Below are positions 46,748 to 56,284 of a stretch of DNA of 59,584 nt, piece by piece. Both the position numbers and the translations under genes were made by a program. Where the stretch lies: positions 1 to 59,584 of the IMG/VR virus record IMGVR_UViG_3300045988_105378; one strand, given 5' to 3'. This stretch comes from a virus. Numbering within the stretch: the stretch's first letter is position 1; each line of letters opens with the position of its first letter. The notes beneath the pieces were generated by a model, which was not told where the DNA came from, made no database searches, and saw only the letters and a program-made list of their open reading frames with translations.

Positions 46748-47848
46748 ATGATAAAATTAAAAACTGAAGTATTAAGAGATATGCTTAACAAGGCAGTAAA
46801 GGTTTGCTCATTTAATAAAATGTTACCTTTAACTGGACTAGTTGAAATGGAAACTAATGCAGAAGGATTATTCCTAAAAACTACGGATGGAATTACCACA
46901 ATGGTAATTAAAGAAAAAATTGAAGGATTAGAACCAGCAAGAGTAACAGTAGATGCTAATATTATTACAGCATTGGTTAATAAGATTACTACTGAAGATA
47001 TTGAATTACTTATTAGTAATAATGCTTTAACTATTACTGGTAATGGTGTATACAATTTAGAAATCAGGGTAGATGAGAGTGGAGAGATAGTTAAATTACC
47101 TGCTATCAATCAGGAGTTAGCAAACTCAGCAACTAAAGAGTTTGATTTTAAAGGTATTGTAGAAAGATTAAATATTTGTAAATCAGCAATAGCTGTTGGT
47201 GAAGATGGAAAAGAATTAAGAAATTACTATCTAAAGGATATGATAATTGCTACAGACCAAGTTAAAGTTAGTGCGGTTAGCAATATTCCATCAATGGTTA
47301 ATGAAGAACTATTTATTGGGGTTGATTTAGGTAGAATTATAATGGATTTAGGATTTATCAAAGCCAATTATGCTAGAAGTAATGAAAACCTTGTTATAGT
47401 CGGAGAAAACTTTGTTTTAAGTAGTACTATGCAATTAGATGACTTAGGAAACTATGGAAAAACATTACAAGGTGTTCAAGGTTTAATCAATTCAGTTTAT
47501 GCTAATAAAGTTACAGTTAAGAAAAATGATTTAATAAGTTTATTAGATAGACTAGGAATATTTGTTTCAGAATATGATTCAAGTAGTATAGATTTACTAT
47601 TCTTACCAGAATATATCAAAGTTACAAACCAAAAGAAAACTTGTGATGAAATTATTAAATATGAAAAGGCAGAGGTTAATGGTTTAGTTGAATTCCCGTC
47701 AGTATTAAATATAGAACATTTAAGACAATTATTGGCAGTTTTACCAGATGAAACAATTGAATTCCAATTTGATAGTTCTATGCCAACAGTTAAGATAGTA
47801 GATGGTGATATAGTTCAATTCTTAGGAATAATGGATGAGAATCAATAA
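46748..47848 (+). CDS. DNA polymerase sliding clamp (beta-clamp, DnaN-like)
   Basis: 366 aa. The N-terminal LKTEVLRDMLNKAVKVCSFNKMLPLTGLVEMETNAEGLFLKTTDGITTMV follows the DnaN N-terminal pattern. Three-domain size. Adjacent to replication genes. Confidence 0.7.
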   Translation: MIKLKTEVLRDMLNKAVKVCSFNKMLPLTGLVEMETNAEGLFLKTTDGITTMVIKEKIEGLEPARVTVDANIITALVNKITTEDIELLISNNALTITGNGVYNLEIRVDESGEIVKLPAINQELANSATKEFDFKGIVERLNICKSAIAVGEDGKELRNYYLKDMIIATDQVKVSAVSNIPSMVNEELFIGVDLGRIIMDLGFIKANYARSNENLVIVGENFVLSSTMQLDDLGNYGKTLQGVQGLINSVYANKVTVKKNDLISLLDRLGIFVSEYDSSSIDLLFLPEYIKVTNQKKTCDEIIKYEKAEVNGLVEFPSVLNIEHLRQLLAVLPDETIEFQFDSSMPTVKIVDGDIVQFLGIMDENQ

Positions 47849-48687
47849 TGGCTAGGGGATTATTTTCAGTCTCCAACCTTATAAAAGAACAGGAGGCACA
47901 AAACAACGTTGCCTCCTTATTTCTTAAAAGGATTGAAGAGGCAATAGTAAAATTAGAACCGGAATTCAAACCATCTATTTATTATAAACCATCCAGTCTA
48001 ATTTGTATGAGACAAATGTATTTTACAAGGCAAGGAATACCACCAGAGGATGAAAAGAAAACAGCAGCAGGAATAGGTATATGCGAAAGTGGTACTGACA
48101 GACATGATAGAATACAAAGAGTTTTATCACAGATGAAAGATTTAGGAATGGAATTTGAGTATATAGATGTTGAGACATACGTCAAAGAACATAACTTGAC
48201 AGATATAGAAGTAAAAGAGAAAAAGGGAATGGAAACTAAGTGTTTCAATAAAAGATATAATATTAGCTTTTTAACAGATGGTATTATTAGATTTATACCA
48301 ACTAATAAGTATTACATATTTGAGTATAAAACAGAGGTATCAATGAAGTTTAGAAATAGGGAAAGTGAAGAATTAACACATAGAACCCAAGCGGCTTGCT
48401 ATTCATTAAGTTTTGGAATAGATGATACATTGTTTGTATATGAGAATAGAGATATATGTGAGAAGAAAGCATTTCATTACCATTCAGATTACAGTGAGCA
48501 AAAAGAGAAGGTAATTGATAAGATTAAAAAATGTGAGGAGTATTTAGCAGAAAATAAAGTACCTCCAAAACTAACAAACAAAGATATAGATCCTAACTTT
48601 ATTGGAGGTAAGGACAGAGTAAGTGGTCCTAGTGCTAAGATTTGTCAATACTGTAAATATAAAAAGGAGTGTTCAAAATATCTATGA
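47848..48687 (+). CDS. PD-(D/E)XK exonuclease with Cas4/AddB-like Fe-S cysteine cluster
   Basis: N-terminal Cys (SLICMRQ) plus C-terminal CQYCKYKKEC, the C...CxxCx5C pattern. Central IFEYKT (ExK) motif. Confidence 0.55.
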   Translation: MARGLFSVSNLIKEQEAQNNVASLFLKRIEEAIVKLEPEFKPSIYYKPSSLICMRQMYFTRQGIPPEDEKKTAAGIGICESGTDRHDRIQRVLSQMKDLGMEFEYIDVETYVKEHNLTDIEVKEKKGMETKCFNKRYNISFLTDGIIRFIPTNKYYIFEYKTEVSMKFRNRESEELTHRTQAACYSLSFGIDDTLFVYENRDICEKKAFHYHSDYSEQKEKVIDKIKKCEEYLAENKVPPKLTNKDIDPNFIGGKDRVSGPSAKICQYCKYKKECSKYL

Positions 48688-48842
48688 GTATAAGTGATTT
48701 TGTGGATTTATTAGAGAAAAACTTGGATAATTATTTCTTAGAAAAAGAGGAATGTAGTTTATCTAGAAGTCAAATATTAGAAGTAATAAAACAAACTACT
48801 ACTGAGGCAATTGATATAGAGGTAACCAAAGAGGAGGAATAA
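48684..48842 (+). CDS. hypothetical 52-aa protein (translationally coupled, ATGA overlap)
   Basis: MSISDFVDLLEKNLDNYFLEKEECSLSRSQILEVIKQTTTEAIDIEVTKEEE. Exactly fills the gap between 48687 and 48845. Below the track cutoff. Confidence 0.3.
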   Translation: MSISDFVDLLEKNLDNYFLEKEECSLSRSQILEVIKQTTTEAIDIEVTKEEE

Positions 48843-48844
48843 CT

Positions 48845-49195
48845 ATGATAAATAGTAAGAAAAAGGGTGCTGCAGGTGAAAGAGAATTTGCTAACTATTG
48901 TAAGGCAATGGGATTCGATGTTAGAAGAACGGCACAGTATAATGGTAAAGAATTAGATAGTAAAGCAGATGTAATTGGTATACCAGGAATACATATAGAA
49001 GTTAAAAGAGTGGAAGCATTAAATATTCATAAGGCAGTAGACCAAGCTATTAGGGATTCTGAAGGTCATTCAGAAATCCCAATAGTAGCACATAGAAAGA
49101 ACAATACTAAGTGGTTAATAACAATGACCGCCGATGATTGGTTCAAGATGTGGTATGGTATAGGAAAGGAGGATAAAAATGGGAAATCAATATAA
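48845..49195 (+). CDS. Holliday-junction resolvase (Hjc/PD-(D/E)XK-like, putative)
   Basis: KKKGAAGEREFANYCKAMGFDVRRTAQ...DVIGI...HIEVKRV follows the Hjc-type pattern (KG..ERE......GF.v.R...DliA...iEvKs). Confidence 0.5.
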   Translation: MINSKKKGAAGEREFANYCKAMGFDVRRTAQYNGKELDSKADVIGIPGIHIEVKRVEALNIHKAVDQAIRDSEGHSEIPIVAHRKNNTKWLITMTADDWFKMWYGIGKEDKNGKSI

Positions 49196-49418
49196 AAAGA
49201 TTAGAGATGAAAATGATAAGAAAGTACTAAAAGAAATGTTTGGTAAGAAACCAAAACATAGATGTTCAGTTTGTCATAGATTTACATTATTTAACCATAA
49301 TGACCCAAAACTGAAGGAACATAATGGTTGTGTAATGTGCTATTTAATAGACCAAACTAGAAAGGAAAGAGCCGATGAAGAAAGAAGAAATACTGAATCA
49401 GCAAATCAAGGAGAATAG
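49179..49418 (+). CDS. hypothetical zinc-finger protein (79 aa)
   Basis: CSVCHRF...EHNGCVMC. Confidence 0.45.
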   Translation: MGNQYKKIRDENDKKVLKEMFGKKPKHRCSVCHRFTLFNHNDPKLKEHNGCVMCYLIDQTRKERADEERRNTESANQGE

Positions 49419-49866
49419 CAAGATAATTGAAGATATTGTTTATGATATTACTAGACAATATACTAAACCATTGGATGATATTATGGTAATATGTAGGCAA
49501 ATATTTACTAGTAATGATAAGATTACTAATGAAGAAATAGAAGATTTACTAACTCAATTACCAACAGCATTGTATTTTGTAAATGAAGGTCAGGAATTTG
49601 TAGGATTAAAAGAAGATGTTGCTAAGATGGCTAAAATGGAAAAATACAATGAGGCGAGAAAGAAAGCAGCAGGAACTGTGGCAGATAAAAATACTGAAGC
49701 GGAAATTCAAAGTTTAAATGAGGCATTGAACCAAGTTATTTATCAAAGGTCTTATAAGATGATTAAAAGTAAAGTTGAAATGGGACAAGAAATGATAAAT
49801 AGTTTAAAGAGGGTATTTGATGCCAGAATGAATGATTTAGAATTATCTAGAGGGGTGAGAAAATGA
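49375..49866 (+). CDS. hypothetical protein (163 aa)
   Basis: ORF overlapping its neighbours. Confidence 0.5.
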   Translation: MKKEEILNQQIKENSKIIEDIVYDITRQYTKPLDDIMVICRQIFTSNDKITNEEIEDLLTQLPTALYFVNEGQEFVGLKEDVAKMAKMEKYNEARKKAAGTVADKNTEAEIQSLNEALNQVIYQRSYKMIKSKVEMGQEMINSLKRVFDARMNDLELSRGVRK

Positions 49867-50117
49867 ATATAATTCCATCAAATAATAATAAACCAATTTA
49901 TGGTGTGGTAGGTAAGAATGTGAATTACTATGTAATACGAGATAAAGAAACCCACGAATTTGATTGTAATGATGGGGAACTTACGTTAGATATAATGAAG
50001 GCAAACTGGTATCATACATACAAAGAGGTAAAAGAACAATTAAAACATTTTGATGAACCGGAGATGTTTGAAATTATTAGATTTAGTTGTACTACTACAC
50101 TAGAGGAGGTAATGTAA
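49863..50117 (+). CDS. hypothetical protein (84 aa)
   Basis: ORF, ATGA overlap. Confidence 0.45.
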   Translation: MNIIPSNNNKPIYGVVGKNVNYYVIRDKETHEFDCNDGELTLDIMKANWYHTYKEVKEQLKHFDEPEMFEIIRFSCTTTLEEVM

Positions 50118-51163
50118 TGGGAAAGTTGGATGCTTTAATAAAACAAATCAATAAAGATTACAAAGAGGAAATTGCTTTCAGTGGTAATGATGCGGCATTG
50201 ATGAAATATGAATTAGTTCCATTTAGTAGTCCTAGATTAAACTATATGATGTATGGTGGATTACCAATGGGAAGAATGATTGAATTTGCTGGTGCTGAAA
50301 AGAGTGGTAAAACTACCACAGCATTGGATGTAGTTAAGAATTGTCAAATAAAGTTTGAGCAAGAAGGTCAAGGAAGAAAAGTGTGCTTTGTAGATGCTGA
50401 AAATACATTCGATGTTGAATGGGCTACAAAACTAGGTGTTAAAGTGGAAGATTTATTACTAATCAAACCTCAAGAACAATATGCAGAACAAATATTTGAA
50501 ATAATGAGAGCAGTCATTGAGACAGGTGAGGTTGGACTTATAGTATTAGATTCAGTGGCACAATTAGTTAGTAAACAAGCATTCGAGGAAGATATAGAGA
50601 AGAAAACCTATGGTGGTATAGCAATGTCACTTACTAAGTTTTGTAATATAGTGGTACCATTACTAGGCAAATATAATTGTATGTGCATAATGATAAACCA
50701 AGTTAGGGAAGATTTAAACAATCCATATAATACATTCATAACACCTGGTGGTAGAGGATTTAAGCATAATTGTAGTGTAAGGTTAATGTTCCAACAAGGG
50801 GATTTCTTAGATGTAAATTATAAGCATCTAAATAGAGGTTGTGAGAATCCGGCAGGTAATGAGGTTAATGTAAGAATTGAGAAATCAAAGGTATGCCGTA
50901 GTGATAGAAGATTAGGGTATTATACTTTAAACTATTTAGAAGGTATAGATTACATAAATGATATGGTTGATGTATTATTACAAACCGGTTACATAGTTCA
51001 AAATGGTAGTTACTTTACATTAGTAGATGCTGAAACAGGGGAAGTTCTATGTGATGAGGATGGAAAGGAAATTAAAGTTCAAGGCAGAACCAATTTATAC
51101 AAAAGATTAAAAGAAGATTCCAAGTTATATGACTTAATCACTTCAAAAGTTTCGTATAATTAA
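50117..51163 (+). CDS. RecA-like recombinase
   Basis: Walker A FAGAEKSGKTTTAL, CFVDAENTFD, Walker B LIVLDSVAQL, MINQVRED...TPGGRGFKHNCSVRL, collinear with RecA core motifs. ATG 50117 after GAGGAGGTAATGTA. Confidence 0.75.
   Translation: MGKLDALIKQINKDYKEEIAFSGNDAALMKYELVPFSSPRLNYMMYGGLPMGRMIEFAGAEKSGKTTTALDVVKNCQIKFEQEGQGRKVCFVDAENTFDVEWATKLGVKVEDLLLIKPQEQYAEQIFEIMRAVIETGEVGLIVLDSVAQLVSKQAFEEDIEKKTYGGIAMSLTKFCNIVVPLLGKYNCMCIMINQVREDLNNPYNTFITPGGRGFKHNCSVRLMFQQGDFLDVNYKHLNRGCENPAGNEVNVRIEKSKVCRSDRRLGYYTLNYLEGIDYINDMVDVLLQTGYIVQNGSYFTLVDAETGEVLCDEDGKEIKVQGRTNLYKRLKEDSKLYDLITSKVSYN
51155..51160 (+). promoter_or_regulatory. tcgTATAAT-type promoter (family member 6) embedded in the last codons of the RecA-like gene (..K V S Y N *)
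   Basis: AAAAGTTTCGTATAATTAAATTGAAGGGAGG. The -10 lies inside the codons tcg-tat-aat-taa. Confidence 0.3.
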
Positions 51164-51182
51164 ATTGAAGGGAGGAAGTTAA

Positions 51183-51518
51183 ATGGACACAAGGCATTAT
51201 TCTAAGAAACAGGAGAAGCGAGTGGCTAAAAATCTTGGTGGCAAGGTTAATGCCAATAGTGGAGCAACAGGATTCTATAAGGGTGATGTAAGAACAGATT
51301 ATTTATTAGTTGAATGTAAAACAGCAACAAAAGAAGTTAAATCAGTTTCAATTAAAAAAGACTGGTTAGAGAAATTGAATGAGGAAAGATTTGCTATGGG
51401 TAAACAGCATTCAGCATTAGCATTCGATTTCGGGGATGGAAAAGATTATTACATAATTGATAACCATCTGATGGATATGTTGATGGATTACATGGAGGAG
51501 ATTTATGGAAAAGAATAA
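51183..51518 (+). CDS. hypothetical protein, possible PD-(D/E)XK-like nuclease (111 aa)
   Basis: GDVRTDYLLVECKTATK resembles a D...ExK core. Weak evidence. Confidence 0.4.
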   Translation: MDTRHYSKKQEKRVAKNLGGKVNANSGATGFYKGDVRTDYLLVECKTATKEVKSVSIKKDWLEKLNEERFAMGKQHSALAFDFGDGKDYYIIDNHLMDMLMDYMEEIYGKE

Positions 51519-51834
51519 TGATGGGATATGGTTGGATGATTTATTAGTTGAAAAACTAAGTGGTACTGAAAAGTTATGGAGGGATATTTATAGAATTGCT
51601 GATGAATTTTACTTAGCAATTACTTTAGTAAAATATCCATTAACTAGCTATAAACCATCTTATACCATAAAGGTATATAAGAAAAGTAAAGATGGTTGGA
51701 ATAAGATTCTAGTAGAACAGAAAGGAATGGAATTAGGGCTAATCCTTAAGAAGATTCTAAAAGAATTAAATAAGTACAAAGATGAACATAAAAGTTATGT
51801 TATACAAAGACCAGGAGGAGGTGAAATGATATAA
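51505..51834 (+). CDS. hypothetical protein (109 aa)
   Basis: ORF overlapping its neighbours. Confidence 0.45.
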   Translation: MEKNNDGIWLDDLLVEKLSGTEKLWRDIYRIADEFYLAITLVKYPLTSYKPSYTIKVYKKSKDGWNKILVEQKGMELGLILKKILKELNKYKDEHKSYVIQRPGGGEMI

Positions 51835-52271
51835 TGTTTGGAAAGAAAAAGAAGAAGGAAGTAAAGGAATTTCTTAAAAGAGGAATAGTTAAGGACTTTG
51901 ACAAGTTACCAGAAACACAGAAGTTATTACTTAGAGGTACTGTTTATGGATTTAAAACAACATTGGATAATACAGCACCGATTGGATTTGATATTTACCT
52001 AATCAATGAGGACAAACTAATGGAGTTCAAAAATGATTTTAACACAAATGATAAGGATGAACATTCAAAACTTTATAAAGAATGGATGGCTTACTTTGGG
52101 TTAGATTATAATTTACATAGAAAGAAAGTTCAACAAATGATTAGAGGAATATATGAATACACTCATGGTCAATTAGATTATAGAAACAGCAGAATGAAAA
52201 ATGAGGTTTCATATAAACAAAAAAGTACCATTAAGAAAGAAGAAGAGATAGAGAAATCTAAAATAGTGTAG
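51834..52271 (+). CDS. hypothetical protein (145 aa)
   Basis: ORF, ATGA overlap. Confidence 0.45.
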   Translation: MFGKKKKKEVKEFLKRGIVKDFDKLPETQKLLLRGTVYGFKTTLDNTAPIGFDIYLINEDKLMEFKNDFNTNDKDEHSKLYKEWMAYFGLDYNLHRKKVQQMIRGIYEYTHGQLDYRNSRMKNEVSYKQKSTIKKEEEIEKSKIV

Positions 52272-52284
52272 AGGAGGTACAATA

Positions 52285-53358
52285 ATGGCACAACCATTAG
52301 CAAATAAATATAGACCTAAAACTTTCGAAGATGTAAGTGAACAAGGTGCTATTAAAGTAATTATAGAAAATCAGATAGCTAACGATGATTTAAGAAATGC
52401 TTATCTATTTTGTGGGGGTGCTGGAACAGGTAAAACTACTTGTGCCAGAATAATTGCCGATATGATAAATGAGCATAAGGGAAGTCCAATAGAATTAGAT
52501 GCAGCAAGTAATAATTCAGTTGAGGATGTAAGAAGAATTATTACAGATTCTAAATTCAAATCAATGGATAGTAAATATAAGATATACATAATTGATGAGT
52601 GCCATAGTTTATCAAATGCAGCTTGGCAAGCATTCTTAAAATTATTAGAGGAACCGCCAAAGTTTACAGTGTTTATGTTCTGTACAACAGACCCACAGAA
52701 GATTCCCGGCACTATATTAAGTAGGGTTCAAAGATATAATTTCCAAAGAATTAGTAAAGATGGAATCATAAAGAGATTAAAATATATCATTGAACAGGAA
52801 AACAATGAAAATTATTATAATAAAGGGGATTGGCAATTAAATGACGTGGAAGCTGATAGGAAGTACTATGAGGACAATGTTATTAGATTTGAGGAGGAAG
52901 CTTTAGATTATATAGCAAAACAAGCACAAGGTGGAATGAGGGATGCTATTACTACATTGGATAAATGTTTATCTTATAGCAAAGATTTAAGTTTAAAGAA
53001 TGTAGTAGATGTATTATCAGCAGGGGTTACCCCATATGATTTAAGTGAATTTACTTTATGTTTATTAGATAAAGATACAAATGCGGCATTAGATTGCTTG
53101 AACCAATTCTTTATGAGTGGTATTGATATGGGTTTATTAGTAAATAGTTACTTTGAGTTTTTACTAAACCTACAGAAGTATTTAGTATTAGGTAGCAAAG
53201 AAATTGCTAATTTACCAGCAGATTTATTGAATAAGTATAATAAGAATGATTCTGATTACATTAGAACCTATATTACTAAATTATATTCGGTTATAACAGC
53301 ACCAAAGATGAATGTTAAATCATTACTTGAGGCGTGGGTGATTGAAAGATGTATTTAG
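52285..53358 (+). CDS. clamp loader ATPase (DnaX gamma/tau-like, AAA+)
   Basis: YRPKTFEDV...AYLFCGGAGTGKTTCARI (Walker A), IIDECHSLS (Walker B), ILSRVQRYNF (sensor / SRC-like). Confidence 0.8.
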   Translation: MAQPLANKYRPKTFEDVSEQGAIKVIIENQIANDDLRNAYLFCGGAGTGKTTCARIIADMINEHKGSPIELDAASNNSVEDVRRIITDSKFKSMDSKYKIYIIDECHSLSNAAWQAFLKLLEEPPKFTVFMFCTTDPQKIPGTILSRVQRYNFQRISKDGIIKRLKYIIEQENNENYYNKGDWQLNDVEADRKYYEDNVIRFEEEALDYIAKQAQGGMRDAITTLDKCLSYSKDLSLKNVVDVLSAGVTPYDLSEFTLCLLDKDTNAALDCLNQFFMSGIDMGLLVNSYFEFLLNLQKYLVLGSKEIANLPADLLNKYNKNDSDYIRTYITKLYSVITAPKMNVKSLLEAWVIERCI

Positions 53359-54134
53359 TTGGTCAAAAGAAAAATAAAGAGTTAATAGATAGTGGTAAAT
53401 TAGACAATGCCACTTTCATTCTTATTAAAGGTCCGAAGAACTATGGTAAAACTTATTTAACAAAGTATATTGCCGACCATTATAAAATGAATTACTTATT
53501 ATTAGATAATAAAGTTGATACAATAAGGGATTTAGTTAATAGCAGTAATATGAATAATAACTGTGTATACCATTTTAAAGATTTTGATAAATCTTCCCCA
53601 GCGGCTAAGGCGGCATTATTAAAAATAGCAGAGGAAACACCAAAGGGAATTAGAATAGTGGTTACTACTTCAGCATATAATTTTCTAGATACCTTAGTAA
53701 GTAGGGCATATGTCATTGATATGGCGGCATATTTATTTGAGGATATAAAAGAGTATGGTAATAATTTAGATGTAGAAGACGTACTAATAGACAGGTTGAA
53801 CAAGTCTTATTTGGATTTAACACCAACTTTATTATTTAAGTTAAAGAGTAGTGATTATTTAACAGAGGTATTGGATTTAGCAGATGAGACAGTAGAGTCC
53901 TTGAATCGAGGATTAAAATTAGAAGATATTTCCAGAATATCAGCAAAGTTTTGGAAAGATGATAAGGATAGGTTACTACTTTATCTAGATATACTAAGTA
54001 GAAGTAGTCATAGAATAAACAAGGATTATTATAAGGTGGTACTGGCAGTGGAGTATACTAAATCAATGTTAAATAGGATTGCTATAAGTAATTATAGAAA
54101 CTTAGTACATAATATGTTAATGGAGATGGTATAA
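53349..54134 (+). CDS. clamp loader subunit (delta-prime-like, putative)
   Basis: FILIKGPKNYGKTYL P-loop-like. Sits between the DnaX-like and delta-like genes. Confidence 0.45.
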   Translation: MYLVGQKKNKELIDSGKLDNATFILIKGPKNYGKTYLTKYIADHYKMNYLLLDNKVDTIRDLVNSSNMNNNCVYHFKDFDKSSPAAKAALLKIAEETPKGIRIVVTTSAYNFLDTLVSRAYVIDMAAYLFEDIKEYGNNLDVEDVLIDRLNKSYLDLTPTLLFKLKSSDYLTEVLDLADETVESLNRGLKLEDISRISAKFWKDDKDRLLLYLDILSRSSHRINKDYYKVVLAVEYTKSMLNRIAISNYRNLVHNMLMEMV

Positions 54135-55102
54135 TGAAATCACTGATAGATTTAAAGAAAGAATTGAAAGAAGGTAATCTAACACAGAATTTATATATAT
54201 TTACTGGTGAAGAGAATTACATAAGACGTTTATACTATTTGAAAATCGGTGAAATATACGGCAATTTAAAGAGTTTGGATACAGTTAGTAATTTATATAG
54301 GGAACTTGAGAAAAGGGCTCTATTCGGTAAGAAACCGGCATATATCGTATATAACGATGTAGATTTTCTTAAACAAAAGGAAAAAGTATATGAAAGACTT
54401 GTAAGACTTTGTAAAGGTCATGTGGTAATTTTAGTATTCGAAGAGATACCAGAGAAAGGACCATTTAGAAATGTACTGGATGATTATATAACAGTATTTA
54501 ATAGAGTATCAGATGATATTGCTATGAAATATGTAACTAGGGAGTATCCAATTAGAGATAGAATGTTAGTACAAAAAATCGCTTTCAATTGTTATAATTC
54601 GTATAATAATATCATAGAGGAGATGAATAAGTACAAATGGTTTAAGAATCAAGAAAAATATGATTGTGAAGTAAACCAAATGGAGTACAATGATGATGCA
54701 ATAGATGCAATGACTTATGCTTGTCTATTTAATGACAGGAAGGTAATACCAACAGCAAAAGAATTTGCTAATGCTTTTCTAAGAAGAGATGGTGGATTAT
54801 TAGCAAAGTATATGAAATTATTAAAAGATGAAAATATACTAGGTTATTTACCGGAGTTATATAACACAATTGTATTAGCATTATACTTAAAAATCTATGG
54901 TAAATGGGATGGTGGAACTAGAGCTTATAATGCCGGTGAATACTGGGGCAGAATAAAGGAAATAAGAGATTTCAATATTAGTTATACCAAAACAGATTTA
55001 CTTGATATAAGGTACTTATTATACCAATTAGACCTAGATGTAAGGAGTGGTAGAATGAGAGCTGATTTGGCGTGGGATTGGTTGATAGGGGTGATACTAT
55101 AA
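54134..55102 (+). CDS. clamp loader delta-like subunit (putative)
   Basis: The N-terminal NLYIFTGEENYIRRLYYLKIGEIYG resembles the HolA N-terminus. Call by synteny. Confidence 0.45.
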   Translation: MKSLIDLKKELKEGNLTQNLYIFTGEENYIRRLYYLKIGEIYGNLKSLDTVSNLYRELEKRALFGKKPAYIVYNDVDFLKQKEKVYERLVRLCKGHVVILVFEEIPEKGPFRNVLDDYITVFNRVSDDIAMKYVTREYPIRDRMLVQKIAFNCYNSYNNIIEEMNKYKWFKNQEKYDCEVNQMEYNDDAIDAMTYACLFNDRKVIPTAKEFANAFLRRDGGLLAKYMKLLKDENILGYLPELYNTIVLALYLKIYGKWDGGTRAYNAGEYWGRIKEIRDFNISYTKTDLLDIRYLLYQLDLDVRSGRMRADLAWDWLIGVIL

Positions 55103-55266
55103 TGGAAATAGTAAGAAGCTATCAATTCAAAAAAGAAGATAGGTGTAAGAGATGTGGGAGGAGATTAAAGAATAATGAATCCCAATTATTAGGTTACGGT
55201 CCTAGTTGTTACAAAAAATATTTAAAAGAACAAAGAGGAAGGCGAAAGGATAGGAGGTTATTTTAG
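55072..55266 (+). CDS. small zinc-ribbon protein with C-terminal RRLF tail (64 aa)
   Basis: CKRCGRRL...GPSCYKK. Ends KDRRLF. Confidence 0.45.
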   Translation: MGLVDRGDTIMEIVRSYQFKKEDRCKRCGRRLKNNESQLLGYGPSCYKKYLKEQRGRRKDRRLF

Positions 55267-55757
55267 TGGAAGAGGAAAAGGTAAAGAAAACAATAGATAG
55301 AAAATTAACTGATATACAAGAAAACTTTTGTAAGTTAATTGCTACACAAGGATTAGAACCATTAGATGCTATGTTACAGGTATATCCATCTAGAAAAGGT
55401 TATAGTACTGGAAACCAAAACCAATTACTTAAGAAACTAATGAACAATCCTAGAGTGGTGGCAAGGTTAAAAGAGTTATACACTGAAATTAGAAATAATG
55501 AAGTTCTAGGGGATATGTATAACTTTGATAAAGGTGTTAAGTTATTAACTGAAAACATTGAACTAGCCAAGAAAAGAATTGAAAATGAAGGGGTCTTAAC
55601 TGAGTCAATCCATCGTATAATATTAACATCAGTCCAAGAACTGAATAGAATGTATGGATTCAATATAGTAGATAGAAATGGTGGAACCGGAGGTACTATG
55701 AATGTTACATTCGTTAAAGTAGATAAAACGGAAGGAGATGTTAAAATTGGCAGCTAA
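55266..55757 (+). CDS. terS: terminase small subunit (Terminase_2-like), GTG start
   Basis: LTDIQENFCKLIATQGLEPLDAMLQVYPSRKGYSTGNQNQLLKKLMNNPRVVARLKELYTEIR fits the TerS N-terminal DNA-binding pattern (LT.kQ..F...Y...gN.t.A...AGYS.k.A...a..LLkn.kV...i.e). Confidence 0.55.
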   Translation: MEEEKVKKTIDRKLTDIQENFCKLIATQGLEPLDAMLQVYPSRKGYSTGNQNQLLKKLMNNPRVVARLKELYTEIRNNEVLGDMYNFDKGVKLLTENIELAKKRIENEGVLTESIHRIILTSVQELNRMYGFNIVDRNGGTGGTMNVTFVKVDKTEGDVKIGS

Positions 55758-56076
55758 AAGTGATGTTGGAAGATATGAGGATTTAGTATTTAGGTTATTA
55801 TATCACTATCCGATGTTAAGAGATGATACAGGTAAACTATATTTAGCTTGTATTTCAGAAATAAGGGGTAGAGATTATATTAGATGGACTTCAATGTATA
55901 CTTTCTTTACAGAGGATGCAGAGGATAAGGATTTACCAAAAGTTCCTACAATGGCATCAGTTATTAGATTAAGTACTAAATTACAGAAACAAAACCCACT
56001 TTTACGTGGAAAGGAATGGGAAAATAGACAAAAACATTCCAAAGATTATAAGGAGGATCTAGGTTATGGACGATAA
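55738..56076 (+). CDS. hypothetical protein (112 aa)
   Basis: ORF overlapping the terS candidate's end. Confidence 0.45.
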   Translation: MLKLAAKSDVGRYEDLVFRLLYHYPMLRDDTGKLYLACISEIRGRDYIRWTSMYTFFTEDAEDKDLPKVPTMASVIRLSTKLQKQNPLLRGKEWENRQKHSKDYKEDLGYGR

Positions 56077-56284
56077 ACCAGAAATAATAGTTTTATATAT
56101 AGATAGAGACAATGATACATTGCATCAAATACTGCTTAATCCTTTAGAATTGGGTAAGATTAGTGCTGAAATAAGTAATATATTTGCCGCAAAGAAATCA
56201 GATGTTATGGTTAGTGAAGTTAAACTAAAACTATACGAGGAGGTAGACAAGAATGGCAAAAAGAATAGTAGCAAAGTTCGATAA
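56066..56284 (+). CDS. hypothetical protein (72 aa)
   Basis: ORF. Confidence 0.45.
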   Translation: MDDKPEIIVLYIDRDNDTLHQILLNPLELGKISAEISNIFAAKKSDVMVSEVKLKLYEEVDKNGKKNSSKVR

